DNA of 64,000 bases from Podarcis pityusensis (taxonomy: Eukaryota), in NCBI GenBank assembly GCA_964106645.2, contig OZ067038.1. One strand, 5' to 3'. This document shows positions 37,028 through 50,620 of this stretch, piece after piece. Each line of letters starts with the position of its first letter. The stretch's first letter is position 1. The position numbers were made by a program, and so were the translations under genes. The notes under the pieces were generated by a model that saw only the letters and a program-made list of their open reading frames with translations, was not told the DNA's origin and did no database searches.

Positions 37028-39469
37028 AAAGGGTCATCTGTGGTGGGATAACCCCAAAAGCAAAGGATAAAAATCCCTTGGGATCTCTCCTTTGGGGTGT
37101 GACGAGGGCAAGGGCATTCCTCGTGGGTGAACAGTTATGGGCAGGCCTACTCCTAGATGAGAGATTGGAGCAATGGACAGGCGTTGAGAGGGAGAATTTG
37201 AGGTAGTTTACCTTGCTTTCAAGTGAGAAGTAGAATGATGAGGAGCGGCATCTGTAGTGAGAGCAGGAATACAACTCACAAATGCACCTGCAGTGTTATC
37301 GCAGGGTGATATTGCCATTTTATATAGCTTTATTGTACTTTTACTGTATCTTTCTTTTGTATTAGTTTATTACTTTGGGGGTGGTCTTTGGACCAAATAA
37401 GTAGTATATAAAACCACTTTTCAAAAAGCTTGTACTGAATATATTCAACGAAGATGTTATGCAAATTCTATAGCCAGTCAAAACAATAGCACAAAGAATA
37501 AAACAGCACTGTTCATTTCATGGTGATGTCAACATTAAGGTGTAAGATGCCAACATGGTTAGACATTTCACAAACACCACAAAAAGAAACAACTATTGTT
37601 AAGATCTTAAATATAGTTACGGTGGTGGTTTCATTTTGGCTTTTGAGATGGGTCAAGCTTTGTGGGTAGAACTGGAAAGTGTGCCACAGTAAGCTTTTTC
37701 CATCAATACAACCATTTTTCCACTTCATCTTCCTTCCGAAGAGCAATTGTGGTCTGAACTTAATTCTACAAAGGTTTCTTTCAAAACTAGTATATTTCTT
37801 CTTAGCTAAAAAATTGCCCCTAAGGAAATGTGGTTACAGCAACTGACAATTTTATCTCCTTTCCAATTTCCCATCATTAATATCCAAATTAACTTCCAAG
37901 AGTGAAATTAAAGCACTTACTATTATTAGAAGGGTAAATAAGTTGTATTTCAAAAAGGGAATCATCAGCTGCACCAGCTGACTTCTCTCAAGCAACACTG
38001 GATACAACCAAAGTTGCTTATTCTCTTCATCTTTGCATTCAATTCTAGCTTTAAATAGAAAACAATCTACATAAATTTTTTTGGCACCCATCTTTAATTG
38101 AAGAGCAGTTTTACAAACTATAGAATGCAGGACGACACAGGAAAAGCACAAGTGTTTTGTGTTTCCTGTTCTTCTGTGTCATCCAGAACGGAACTCGTGA
38201 GAGTTCCATTTTGGACAATGGCGAAGAGCCCAATAAACAGGAAGCACAAGGCATTTGGGCCTCCTGTTCCAAATAAAATTATATAATCTATATAATGCTA
38301 AGTGCTCTGTTAAAGAAAGGTGTAAGGATCACTGTGCCAGTCAAACAGCCAAAACTGGAATTGCTCCAGTACAGCCACACCCCCTGCACTGGTTTAGCAT
38401 CTCAAGACACTTCCTCTGAATTGGAACAGTGCAAATAATTCAGCTGCAGTGAGAAAGAGATGGGACAATACAGGTGTGCCCTGAAATCTAGGTGTGAGCA
38501 TGTGGAATAGTACAGCAGGATTCAAGAGCAATAACATTTAGTACAATCTAAAAAGGACAAAAACTCACCTTAAGCTGGTTCACATATACATTTATATTAG
38601 ATCAACACATCTCGACAGACTAAAGGTAGACACATAGAAACGGAATCACATCATCAGTTCACCACTAATACAAATCTCCCTTAGATGTCCATAGATATGT
38701 CAAAAGAAGGGGAACAGTGAAAGTGCACTGAAGTCTGAAAGGGAGACTGAAAACTTTTCAGAAGTATGCACTGGCATGCTGCATATTAAAACATAGTTTG
38801 CTTTTAACTAAAGTTCAATGTGATGTGCAAGCCAGGCCCATGAATGTCTACAAACTTTTGCTTGGTATCAAAAAGGCATAAAAAGCCAGTCCATAAAACA
38901 AACACAGGATATGCTTTCCATAACAAATCTAAGCAACACAAAATATCCCGAAGAAATAGAGGGGAAATTTGTTTACTACTCATAACATGCCCTATGTGGG
39001 TTTGCCAGACGGGACATGATAACAATAAAACCAAATCTAAAGGGGGATTAAGTGTATTATTCTAAAATAGCTTGGTGTCTGCAATGCAAGCAAAAAGAAA
39101 AAATCCCGAATGACTTTTTTGGCCTGTCTTTCAGCTGAAGGCAGATGTTCAGCACACATAGCATCTGTTAACTAGCCCAAGGTTTGGTGCCTCTCTCATA
39201 GCTGTCTCATTAAGTTCTGCTGTGCCTGCTCCATGTCATAAGGATACCTAGGGCACATTTATGATTGGGGGAAGGGTGTTTATTGTCCAAAAAATTAGGG
39301 CTCCTCCATACACGTTTGCATGTTCATAATCCTTTAACATGTTTTTATTTTCTTTTTAATAGTATTGTTTTATTGCTTGGTTGCTTGCCACCCTGGGCTC
39401 CTTTTGGAGAAAAGGCAAAACAGAAATTTAAAACAACAACAATAATACATCTGTACAGACAAACATCAT

Positions 39470-39812
39470 GTAAAGGACCCCTGGACAGTTAAGTCCAGTC
39501 AAAGGCGACTTTGGGGTGCAGCGGTCATCTCACTTCAGGCTCAGGGAGCCGGCGTTTGTCCACAGACAGCTTTCCAGGTAATGTGGCCAGCATGATTAAA
39601 ACGCAATGGAACACCATGATGGAAGCCAGAGCGTGCAGAAATGCCGTTTACCTTCCCACCACAGCAGTACCTAATTATCTACTTTCAAACTGTTAGGTTG
39701 GTAGAAGCTGGGACAGAGCAACAGGAGCTCACCCTGTCGCGCAGATTTGAACCGCCAACCTTCCAATCAGCAAGCCCAAGAGGCTCAGTGGTTTAGACTA
39801 CAGCGCCACCTG
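39470..39812 (-). mobile_element. Sauria SINE, near full length
   Basis: Reverse complement of the 62608 copy; flanked by near-direct repeat CAAACATCATGTA. Confidence 0.88.
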
Positions 39813-42319
39813 CTACCTCACAAACATCATGTACACATGTGACAAACGTGTTGTGCAGATATGCACAAGAGAACGAAGACTAACTTCAGTTTCCTGCTAT
39901 ATATTTAATATAACTAATATGAAAGTGCTTTCAGTACTTTTTTTTTTTTACTGCTAGGGCATAGGCTAAACCCAGGAATATTAATGTTTTTCTTTACTTT
40001 ATTTCTGGGTATTTTTTGTTATATGCATGTCTAACTCCTAAAAACTCACTGCATACTTAAAGTATGTTAACTTGAAGAATTGCTGCACCTTTTCCATATA
40101 ACACTAAGCAATAAAACTTAACATAAAATGGAACGTTATCTGGAACGTTGTCAAACACTGTAGCTACACTAAGATTATGATATCTAGAATGGCGGTTCCC
40201 AACCTGTGGGCAGGGACTGCAGAGTTATCTCAAGGGAGCCACAAAGCTTTGCATGCAATGCTTTGCCAGCTAATGTTTGGTTTTCATCTGCCATCCACTG
40301 CTATGAGCAAGGCATGTATGGATTTTGCAGACCAAGCAGAAACTTGTTTTACCTGTTCCTCATTAGAACTGAACTCCCTTTCAACAAGAAAACCATGGAG
40401 TGAGTGGCCAGACCAAAGGCACTCCCAACAACAGCTGCTACCTGGACCTCCATTGTCCCTAAATTAAGTTTTAACTTGCTTGACCTCATCCAACCCCAAA
40501 CAGTGGAAAAACACAGAGTTCAGAACCGACACCGAGTCCCTGATACCAGGAAAATATTTGTGAATGGACTAATTTCTCTCTCAGTCTGTTACAGCTCCCT
40601 CCCACCTATTTCATTTCTGTACGTAATGTGAATGGCCTCCAAACAGATAAACATTCTACTGGTGTATCACAAAAAAGGCCTGATTCCAGGTAGTCTGCAG
40701 CTACTAATAACCTTTCCAATTGTGCAAGACACACTATCTAAAATCCCCAATTTAAATACTGCTCACATTACATTTCACTTACACCTCAGCCAAAGGACTG
40801 CTTAAACCAAGTGTTTTGAGGTGCCTGAAAGGAAAGATTTTTACAACTAGCAAAATATGGTGCTCGGTGACAAGCATCAGTCAATTTTGTGTTGACTGAA
40901 AATGGGTGTCAAACTAGTATACAATTATGGAACGTAGAATTGTGCTCTGAACATATACCTCATTCTGGTCTCTCAAATAAGCTGGTTAAAAACTAGAGGC
41001 CTCAATTCACCCAGCTTTCCAAATATTGAATTGAACTTTGTACCTCCACATTATCTGTCTCTACAGCACAACTGCTAACAGACTGAGTCACTGGTTATGT
41101 ACTACTACATCAACATTAGAATATTATCAGCAATGCTAGCTTTGTCTAGTCAGTACAATTCATACAGCCATTAGTGAGCTGGGAGATGATTTATGGAAAT
41201 CGCGTTGTAATGGATATGCTTGAAATCTGGTCTTGTGAATGAGTTTGTGCATCACTGACTGAGCATGATTCATGCTCCCCTGTGGCCAAGCAAGCATGAG
41301 AGAAAGGAAACCAAGCAGACCTCTAGGATGAGCCAGCATACTGCGAAGTTTAGCCTCACAATTATCAGAATGCCTCCTAAATTGTGTATGGGCAGACTCC
41401 ATCCCTTTCATAAGAGAATCTGTGCATACCATTTAGCAACAGCCATCTCTGCTTGTGATGAGTGATTTGGTGGAGTGTTGGAAGAGACAATTTAAGGATA
41501 TTTTCTACGTTTGAAGGTGGAGTGTTATATTATAAGTCAAATGCTATATGGAAGATAAATAAACCATGTTGGTATTTGTGCATCTTTGCCCCTTTTCTTG
41601 TTAACATATCACCCAATTTTATTACTATAAATAAAAACACATCTTGGGATTCTTTATCTCGTTTGCTTGTTTTTCTGAATCATTAAGTTTTGTGTATCTT
41701 CACTATATGAGTTCTCTCGGTCTTAGTAAAATCTTTCTATGCTGTCATAATGTCTTTAATTTCTCTTCGCAAATATATTCCTTTAATTTGGAACAGTTTA
41801 TAGTTAACCATCATATATTTCAACAGTTTCACCATCAGAAGTCTTATTATTGTATTTACATTTTTCATTCCTGGGCTCATTTGGGAAGAAGGGTAGTATA
41901 TAAATTTAATAAATAAAGTAACATAAAAATAAAATTCTCTTCATTTCCTAAAAAAAATTTTTTTCCCTGATTATGGGCTGTAGTGCAACAGGAACCTCCA
42001 CTTCCTCCACCTGCACATGCCTCCACACCACCCCCAATCTGCTCTGAAGGGATGAGTGAACTCCCAGAACATATTTAGGAGACACTTGGTCATCATCACA
42101 GAGCACTTCCCACCATTTATCGTAGGTCCCAATCATAACCTGACCTGCCTCAATGTCCACAACACCACAATGTATGCATCCTCCTATCAGAATCAGAAGA
42201 ATCTTTATTTGCATCAGCCACTAGCCATAGCAATAAAATAAAATAAAATGTACTGAAGATTTAGATAAAAACTTAACTATACAAAAGACATTCTGGAGGT
42301 TTACACCAATAATCAAATA

Positions 42320-42517
42320 CAGTGGAACCTCTATTTGCGACCACAATCTGTTCCGGAGGTCTGTCCGGAGGTCAAAATGGGTCGCTGGGAGAGGTGCCAT
42401 TGTGCACAGGTGCGGGCAGCGATTGCCCGCTTCTGCACATGCACAAACGCAATCGCCGCTCCTGCGCGAACAGCGGCAAACCATAAGAAGAGGCAGTGGT
42501 AAGTGGAGGTTTGACTG
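42320..42517. mobile_element. Tigger-like MITE
   Basis: TA+CAGTGGAACCTCTATTT ... AAGTGGAGGTTTGACTG+TA. Confidence 0.75.
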
Positions 42518-44979
42518 TAATAGATCTTATCCTCCTGTCATCCAGGGCAGGTATCTCAGGACTTGTTTTAACCCAAACATGCATTTCAGGACCCATTTCT
42601 TAATTAATCTTTTACCATATATTTGCATGATGGTAGTGGTCTTGTTGTGACCCACCTTGAATCAGGCTGCAACCCGCTAGTGGGTCCCAACTGACCAGTT
42701 GAAGAGCAGTGTTCTTTAATGCAAGCCTTGTGTGTCCAGTGATAATATATCCAATGCATCTTGGCATTCAGCCAGCTATACTGCCTGCAGCAAAACTGAT
42801 TTGCTGGCCTCCTTTTCACCCAACACCAGGATTGTATACCCAGAGGTGAACCAATTGTGAATAAAAAGGTCAGGCTACATTGGAAGGAGAGAGACACCTG
42901 AGACTGCTTGCCTAACACCAGCTTGAGAAAGTGGCTGTGTGCGTTAGCTATGCAGCCACATATTATTTCAATTATATGAATCATTCGAATTACATAATTT
43001 AAAATACACAAGACCAAATAGTTGCTATACATGTTCAGAAGCCATCTTGAGCTAATGTTTATCAAATATCAAAACGTGACACACATGCACACAAAGCTTT
43101 CTTGGCAACTGCTAGTTAGGGCGTAACCAAAGAGAGACTTAACAACAAGTGTTATTTCTCCATGACCGGACCCTTAAAGTGCTGTTTCTGCCAGCCCAAT
43201 CAACTGTAACACAGCTGACATGGTTGGAACACTCTGAGGATTAGGCCACACAAACATTTCCAGTTCTACTGTTCTGATGGGTGCAGCAAGTTGCAACAAA
43301 TTCAGAATTACATCACAGGACTGAGAGAACTGTTCCTGGGATAGCCATGAGGCACACCTGGCCTATCACATTATTGGATCAGTTACTCTGCTGGTCATTG
43401 CCAGAGCCTTATGTGCTTCAAAGAAATGAGATTCATCATTAAGAGTTTTGCTTTAACGAGAAACAGCTGGTTTTCAACTGGAAGTAAAACCCCAACATTA
43501 ACACATATTTGTCTGTAACTGTAATTGCCTCATAATGGAAGAACTACAGGTATCAATCTGTTTATTAGGATTGGGAAGATAAGGTGGGAGAGACTCATTC
43601 CATTCAGTTCCATTGACAGAAAGTAACTTAGGATCCAAGCCACAGAAAGCTATCCCACACTCTGTGCTCTAACAGCAGTTTCCGTAAGGCTCTATGAGTC
43701 TTGCACGTGACAATCCTTGCTCACCAACTACCTCCACTCAGCGCTTCAGAGCACACTATGGCCCAGCAGGGTTATTCAATAGCAGCTGATGTCCTGCTGT
43801 GTTGCCAACTCTGCCCCAGGATTCAAATGTGCAGAAGAGCTAAAGAAGCATGAGAAGAGTGCCATACATGGGGGGGCCTGGGAAAGAGCCAGCAATGGGA
43901 GGATGCTACAGATATTCAAAAGGGCAATGGCTGCTATTGAATGGCCCTACAGCAGGGATGACTAGACTCTGCCCCCCCAAGATGTTGCTGGGCTCCAACT
44001 CTCATTAGCCCCAGACAGCACAACCAGTAGTCCAGACTGATGTAAACTGTAGTCCAGCAACTGCCCTACAATGTCACAACATGCTCAGTGAAGTTTTGTG
44101 GGAACAACTGGTGGGGTTGGAAAAGTTTATCTGTAGGAGTCACTCCATGAGCACAAGGTGCAATATTGCTCCCAGAGTAAAGTAACTTTAAAACGTCATT
44201 ATGTAAAGTTTAAAAAGAGAAGGAAAAATAGATCTTAGCCCTTTACATGAAGGTACTCTGGTAAAACATAAAAGGTTAACTTTAAAATAGTCCATTGTTT
44301 CTCTTGCAACATGTCTCCATTGTTTACAATCAGGTTTTTTTTGTGTTATAATTAGTCCAAACTACTTCCCTGAAGGATATGCTTAAGTTGCTAAAATAAT
44401 ACATTTGACACTCAACATACCACCTTTTGCCCCTTTCAAAAATGTGATACTTCCCCCTCAAAGCATCCTTTGCTATTGCAGGTGCCACATGGAATGCAGT
44501 TTGTACAGGTACCCTGGGCAACTATCACTTGTTGCCTGTAACGTTAACATAAACTATTCATAAAATGCTTAAACGAAACAAGGTAATGTGCAACACAAAA
44601 ACATAGAATAAAGAGAAAGAAAACCCTGCTGGCCAGCCCTACAATTATATTGTGACAAGTAGCACTACTCCCCTTTGTCAATCCCAAACTTAATTTCATT
44701 CACATTCTTCTGTGGCTGTTTACTCTCCCACTGCAAAACTCCTGTAACTAGTGTGTTCACCCAATATCTTTTCTTCCACGTGGCAAAGAGTAACAGATCG
44801 AAACCTAGGAATGCCATATTTCAAACAGTGAAAACCCGGACAGAAAGGTTGCTGAGCTTTTTTCTTTATGCCAAATCTATTGAGCTTTTTTAAGCTTTGC
44901 CAAAAACTGTTGAGCTTTTTGGGCAAAATTGCTTTTTTAAAAATGCCATTTTTAGCAATTTTTATGGAAAAACAGCAAT

Positions 44980-45111
44980 AACAGCACTGCCAACATGGGC
45001 TGCCAAAAGTCTAGATTGTACCAGACATTTTTTATGATTTCCGCCCAGGCACTGCTGCCAACTACAGTATTCCAAATATGTCCAGGAAAATCCGGACGTA
45101 TGGCAACCCTA
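44980..45111. mobile_element. hAT-like MITE terminal fragment
   Basis: Ends in TCCGGACGTATGGCAACCCTA, a TAGGGTTGCCA-type terminus; other end unclear. Confidence 0.5.
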
Positions 45112-46155
45112 TTGAAAACTCCCTGCCCCAAAGCTCATTCCTCTTTACTATGAGGGGCAGAATGTTGCCCTTGGATCAAGGCTTGTGGGAGATGAGTGTA
45201 AGGCCTGAGGAGACTGTGTGCTGTAAAATAAAGACATTTACAATGCGGTTTGTTCTTATATGAAGAATCTTGGGTATACAATGGAGCATCTCTTGCAGAT
45301 ATCTGCAAAATAACATGCTGGTTTATTTGTGTCTTTATATCGCAATGTATTGCTTCTGAAGCTCTTAGAGATGACTTACACACAGGCTATGTAATCAGTC
45401 TTGTACTCAAAGCACATAATCCAACAGATTATGCAACTGAATAGCTGTAGTAGCCTGAAGGTATTTTATGCTTGAAACACCAAAGCATCTGCAGAGATAT
45501 CCTTTAAGTCACAGTATCTCTTAACCTCAGTGTAACCACTACATGAGCTAACTTGTTAGGACTAAAACAAGACAGATAAAAGGATCAGATTAAAGAAGAT
45601 CAAAAGCACTAGTATTCACCCTGAAAAACAAAACTGATTCAGTTCTTTTATGCAATGAAGTTTCATGCCATTTGTCTAGAAGGGTCTTTATAAAGGCAGA
45701 ATCTGACCCAATGTGGGAAGGGAGAGAAATTCAAGACCCATAAAATGTAGACTATAAGAGCCAAAGCAGACTGGTTCTGGTGACTAAAACATCATGTAAT
45801 TGATAGCTGAGCATGTAATACCTTCAGAGATGTTACATAACTTAGAAAAATGGGCATGGGGCAAAGATATCGCTGCATCAAGATCACCAGTTCCAGGCAA
45901 GTCTTAGCTCCATGCAATATTAGCTCCATCTGGTATGTTATTTGAAGGGTCTACGAAAATAGTTAATCTCATTCCATTTCCATATGTTCAACATATTTTT
46001 ATCTACCACAACCAGCATACTGACTGTAAACCAAAGGATTAGCCACTGTTTAAATGTTTTTAGTTCTCCTTTCTCAAGATTGCCCTCAGAACAAGAATAA
46101 AATCAGCTAATGGCAGCAAGTATCAGTCTGCATTCCTACTGATTTTTACTTTAGA

Positions 46156-46342
46156 GAAAGGCTGTATTTCAGTGGTAGAGTGCATGCTTTTTTGTTCAGA
46201 CGATCTCGAGTGTGATCCCCTGCATCTCCAGGTAGGTCTGGAAAAGAACCCTTCCTAAAACTCTGGAAAACCGCTGACCACCAGTGCAAGCAATACTGAG
46301 ATAGATGGAACAATGATCTAACTTGATAGAAGACAACTTTCT
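46156..46342 (+). mobile_element. Degenerate tRNA-derived SINE (Squam3-like)
   Basis: tRNA-like head GGCTGTATTTCAGTGGTAGAG; body CATCTCCAGGTAGG...CAATACTGAGATAGATGGA. Confidence 0.65.
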
Positions 46343-46859
46343 AAACTGTCCCTCACTCCATCACACATTACACTAATCCTCTGTTTACAAATGTTTTATT
46401 AAGCAAATGAGTAATTTTTTCTGTTTCCAAACCAGTAAAATGCTGCTGATTTAAATTAACCATTTATTTAATGCTTCTGTTACAAAAAACTTGCCTTGGT
46501 GTTCATTTAAGCAGCCAACACTGTGATCTCTCTACAGAGAGGAAACCAACATTCAGCAGTTGGTTCAAAATCAGCAACTGCTCAGTAGCTCAAAAGGAAC
46601 CTTAGTGGCTCAGGTTTTGTTCCCATTGACCATGACTGATAGATAGCATTTAGGTGTAGCTTATTCCTCTTCCTCTGAAGATGAAGAATCAGTGATTTCT
46701 ATTCAGAGAGACCAGTGTCATAAGCAAGCCACCACTGGGTATCTGCCCTGGTCAAACAGCAGCATCTGTATACATTAAGCACCAATATGCGTGGGAACTA
46801 AGCAAGCTATAGTTCTGGACTAAGAAGGGTTAGGGTTAGAAGAGTGAAGACACAAAACT

Positions 46860-46860
46860 A

Positions 46861-46900
<40 letters not shown>
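46860..46900. repeat. (ATT)n microsatellite
   Basis: Direct reading. Confidence 0.95.
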
Positions 46901-46904
<4 letters not shown>

Positions 46905-47236
46905 GGTTGTAGGGGAGGAAGAAAGAGGGTGGCTGCGGGAACCCAAGGGTCACCCAAACTCATTCATGACAACCACAATTCCTGACCACAGCAAGTTGTT
47001 ATGGGAAGTGGGCTTATAAACTAGGTATCTATGACGAAAAAGAAATGTGTCTGCTTTGACTATACAAAAAAGCAAGTCTTTAAACCTTGGTCAGGATCGT
47101 TCCCCTTCCTCTAAAACCCCTTTGCAATGCCCTATACATCTGAAATGCTACCCCTTACCTCACTTAATTCCAGAAGGAAAAATTCAAGAGTAACTACAGA
47201 GCCAAACATCTGGAATTTGGGGCTGTCCATTCCACC

Positions 47237-47388
47237 AATAATAATAATAATAATAGCAATAATTTCATTATTTATACCCCGCCCATCTGGCTGGGTTTCC
47301 CCAGCCACTCTGGGCGGCTTACAGCATATATAAAAAACTGTAAAACACCAGACATTAAAACATTTCCTGATACAGGGCTGCCTTCAGA
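47237..47388 (-). mobile_element. L2 3' end with (AAT)n tail
   Basis: ATACCCCGCCCATCTGGCTGGGTTTCCCCAGCCACTCTGGGCGGCT...CAGGGCTGCCTTCAG. Confidence 0.85.
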
Positions 47389-47972
47389 CACATTGTGCTT
47401 CTTCAAAGTTTATATTCTTACCTCAAGTTTTGTTTGTCTGATCACTCATTAACATAATTGAAGTTCCTATTCCTTTTTTCAGCATCACTGTACAATATAC
47501 CCAGGGAGCATTTCAGCTGTAAAATACAGGGGGACAAAGAAAAGAGAAAGATTATTTTATAACCACGTAGGAAATGGTTTTAGAACAACCCTTATAGTAC
47601 ACTCTCACCCTTTTCCATACTGTTAAACTCATTTTCACTACACCATAAATATACATTAATGAGAGTGTTACTGGCTTTTGCCTTAAACATGTCCCTAGCA
47701 CCTTGACTCTAAAATCTCAAGTTGCTTGAGAAAGTATAAAAGGAAAAGCATAGGAGCCCAGGGCAAGCTAGTTGCAAGGGTGTACTTCCTATCTCTCATA
47801 TCCGCATGAAGTTCTTTCCCCCCTTCAGATCCATTCACAATGTTCCTTAATGAAACAGAGGGTGGAATTGAGGGGAGAAGATCCAATAAAAGGCCTCTTC
47901 TTCACTGTAATAGCCCAGCGTGCTGAATGCTCACACATGCATGCCATGGGGTGGGGTGACTGGACTCTATAG

Positions 47973-48468
47973 CAGGGGCCGGCAAATTTTTTTAGCCGTG
48001 GGCTGGTCTACTGTCCCTCAGACCTTGTGGCGGGATGGAGAAGCGGCCGGGGGGGGGAGCTGGAAGAAGAGGTGAAGGGGGCAAGTAGTCCTCCTCCCCA
48101 CCCCCACCTGCTGCGCTTATCTTCCCAGGGGCCACCGCCACCGCTGCTTCTCGTGGGTGAGCAGAGCGAGTTCATCCGCTCCGCTCTCTGGCCCACAGGA
48201 GCACCAGGGCAGCGGCGGAGGGACAATAAGTGGCGCAAAAGGGCTGGCTCCGGAGAGGGGCTGCTTAAAATGGCGCTCAGCCAGCCCAGCCCAGCCCAGC
48301 CCAGCCCAGCCCAGCCCCCTTCCTCCTCTAGGCAGGGCGGGGAGAAGCCAGGAGGGAGGAGGGGCCGTCGCGGTGTGTGGGAGGGGGGCGAATGGAATGG
48401 CTCAGGGGAGGATATGGCGCTGCCTGAACAAACAGAATCCCCATGCCCCTGGGGATTGCTGACCCCTG
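47973..48468. mobile_element. hAT (Charlie-like) MITE with GC-rich interior
   Basis: TIRs CAGGGGCCGGCAA / TTGCTGACCCCTG; 8-bp TSD CTCTATAG/GTCTATAG; left end shared with the 63325 element. Confidence 0.85.
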
Positions 48469-49755
48469 GTCTATAGGAATCTTGTGTATAAGTGCTGTCT
48501 TCACAGCAGGCTAGATTATACCAAATACAAATGCCAACATCTTAATACTGTATATTTTTCCTTTTTCTGCAGAGGAAATCTCAAAGATGGGCAGATTAGA
48601 ATCGATTCAGGAATGTTTTTTTCTATATCTAATTTAAACAGTCAGTTGCTTTGGCGCAAGAGATTAATTTTTATAGCAACATTCGTTATGTTTCAGGAGG
48701 CTCAAGCAAGGAAAGATCAGCCCTTGAACTAGTTTCTATGCCCTGGAAGATTTACATCTGTTAAGCTGCAAGAGAGGGGCTATAGCTTGTGTTGCTCACA
48801 TGATTTTCACGCAAAATGCCATAGGTTCTATCCTGGGTCTCAGCTGAAACTTTGCCAGTCAGTGTCAACAGTACTGACACTAGATGTACCTATGATCTGT
48901 CTCAGTTATTAGGCAGCTTCTTGTGTACTACTATTCCTGAAAAAATGACTGGACTGCGTGGTAAATTGGCTGCAGAAATAAAAACCTGTATTCAAATTAC
49001 ATCCAACAGGAGAACTGACATGGGGGGAAACAAGTGAATAATAATTACATTTTAAAAAATATTTATTTAATTTATACAGAAATTTCTATCCTACACTTCT
49101 GGTGCATATGCACAACTTAGCACAGCATACATTAACTTAAAATCACATCAACACTACCCATTTCACTGCCCCACTAAAAACATAACAAAAGCGAAGACCA
49201 AAAACATAATCCAACCTTTACACAAAGTTGCTGATACTTAGCAGGCAAAAGCCTGCTCAAAAAAGAATGTATTTACCAACAGGCAGCAGGCAGGCGGGGG
49301 GGGGTACATGTTTCAAGAAAAAAGATACAGTACTGTATTCCATAACATTGGTGCAGCCACTGAGAAGGCCCTATCTCATGCTGCTCTCAACCATGCCTCC
49401 ACCCAGGTTGAACACAGAGATGGGCATCTCCTTCTGATCTTAGGGAGTGAGCAAAAGACTACTATGGAAGGAAGTAACTCCTCCGATATTGTGGACCCAA
49501 GCTATTTAAAGCTTTAAAGACAATCACTGAAGTCTCAATTTGTGACCAGAAACAACTGACAACCAGTGCTGACATTGCCGGATAGGTGTTAAGACAGACC
49601 TACTGCTACATTCTGAGAAGTTCGGCAGAGCCCATAGGGATGTACATAGGGATGTACTCCCTCTGTCTAGTTCCCAGTGGAGGTTGTCTACAAAGCCAAC
49701 CAAAGATGCTTTGGTTCCAACTTCAGGCATGAAGCCAGACTGAAATGGATCATTT

Positions 49756-50237
49756 TGGACTCACAGCTGTCCATGGAGGCGAGGGTCAATTCTGTATCCA
49801 GGGCAGCTGTCTACCAACTCCATCTGGTACGCAGGCTGAGACCCTACCTGCCCGCGGACTGTCTCGCCAGAGTGGTGCATGCTCTAGTTATCTCCCGCTT
49901 GGACTACTGCAATGCGCTCTACGTGGGGCTACCTTTGAAGGTGACTCGGAAACTACAACTAATCCAGAATGCGGCAGCTAGACTGGTAACTGGGGGCGGC
50001 CGCCGAGACCACATAACACCGGTCTTGAAAGACCTACATTGGCTCCCAGTACGTTTCCGAGCACAATTCAAAGTGCTGGTGTTGACCTTTAAAGCCCTAA
50101 ACGGCCTCGGCCCAGTATACCTGAAGGAGCGTCTCCACCCCCATCGTTCTGCCCGGACACTGAAGTCCAGCGCCGAGGGCCTTCTGGCGGTTCCCTCATT
50201 GCGAGAGGCAAAGCTACAGGGAACCAGGCAGAGGGCC
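49756..50237 (+). mobile_element. Young L2 ORF2 fragment
   Basis: Uninterrupted LDSQLSM...ALVISRLDYCNALYVGLP...QNAAARLV...HITPVLKDLHWLPV...GTRQRA. Confidence 0.93.
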
Positions 50238-50319
50238 GTACACTGTCCCTCCATACCTCTTGTTCAGAACAAAAACAAAAACAAAACAAAATTCAAGCCC
50301 AAAGTATATCCGGTTATGT

Positions 50320-50620
50320 GAAGGAGTCCCAATATAATTTGGAATAGCCCCACAGTTGCTTTGGAGGGCAGAAAGTCCCGAGCCACTTCCAACAAGGTGG
50401 TCTTTGCATGGATGTCGAAATCACTCAGTAACAACAGGCTGGGAAACTCCAACAACATGGGAAACTACCCTAGCTAGGTCACATAAAGAGCCTGTTATAC
50501 AACAGAATCTCCCTTCTGTGCCCTCAAGAACAAAAACTAAATGATTCAAACAGGGCACTAGGTCAGGGTGGATGGAATCATGATAGACCACAGCAATTCT
50601 GCCTCCCTGCCTGCCCATAC
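50320..50620 (-). mobile_element. Old L2 endonuclease-domain fragment
   Basis: Minus frames GGRIAVVYHDSI and LLEFPSLLLLSDFDIH (degenerate GDFN.H motif). Confidence 0.65.

Noticed and set aside
46825-46840. Telomere-like AGGGTTAGGGTTA
   Set aside because: Only about two units; expected by chance
48027-48476. GC-rich ORFs / apparent first exon in a CpG island
   Set aside because: Essentially confined to a TSD-flanked hAT MITE; low-complexity peptides
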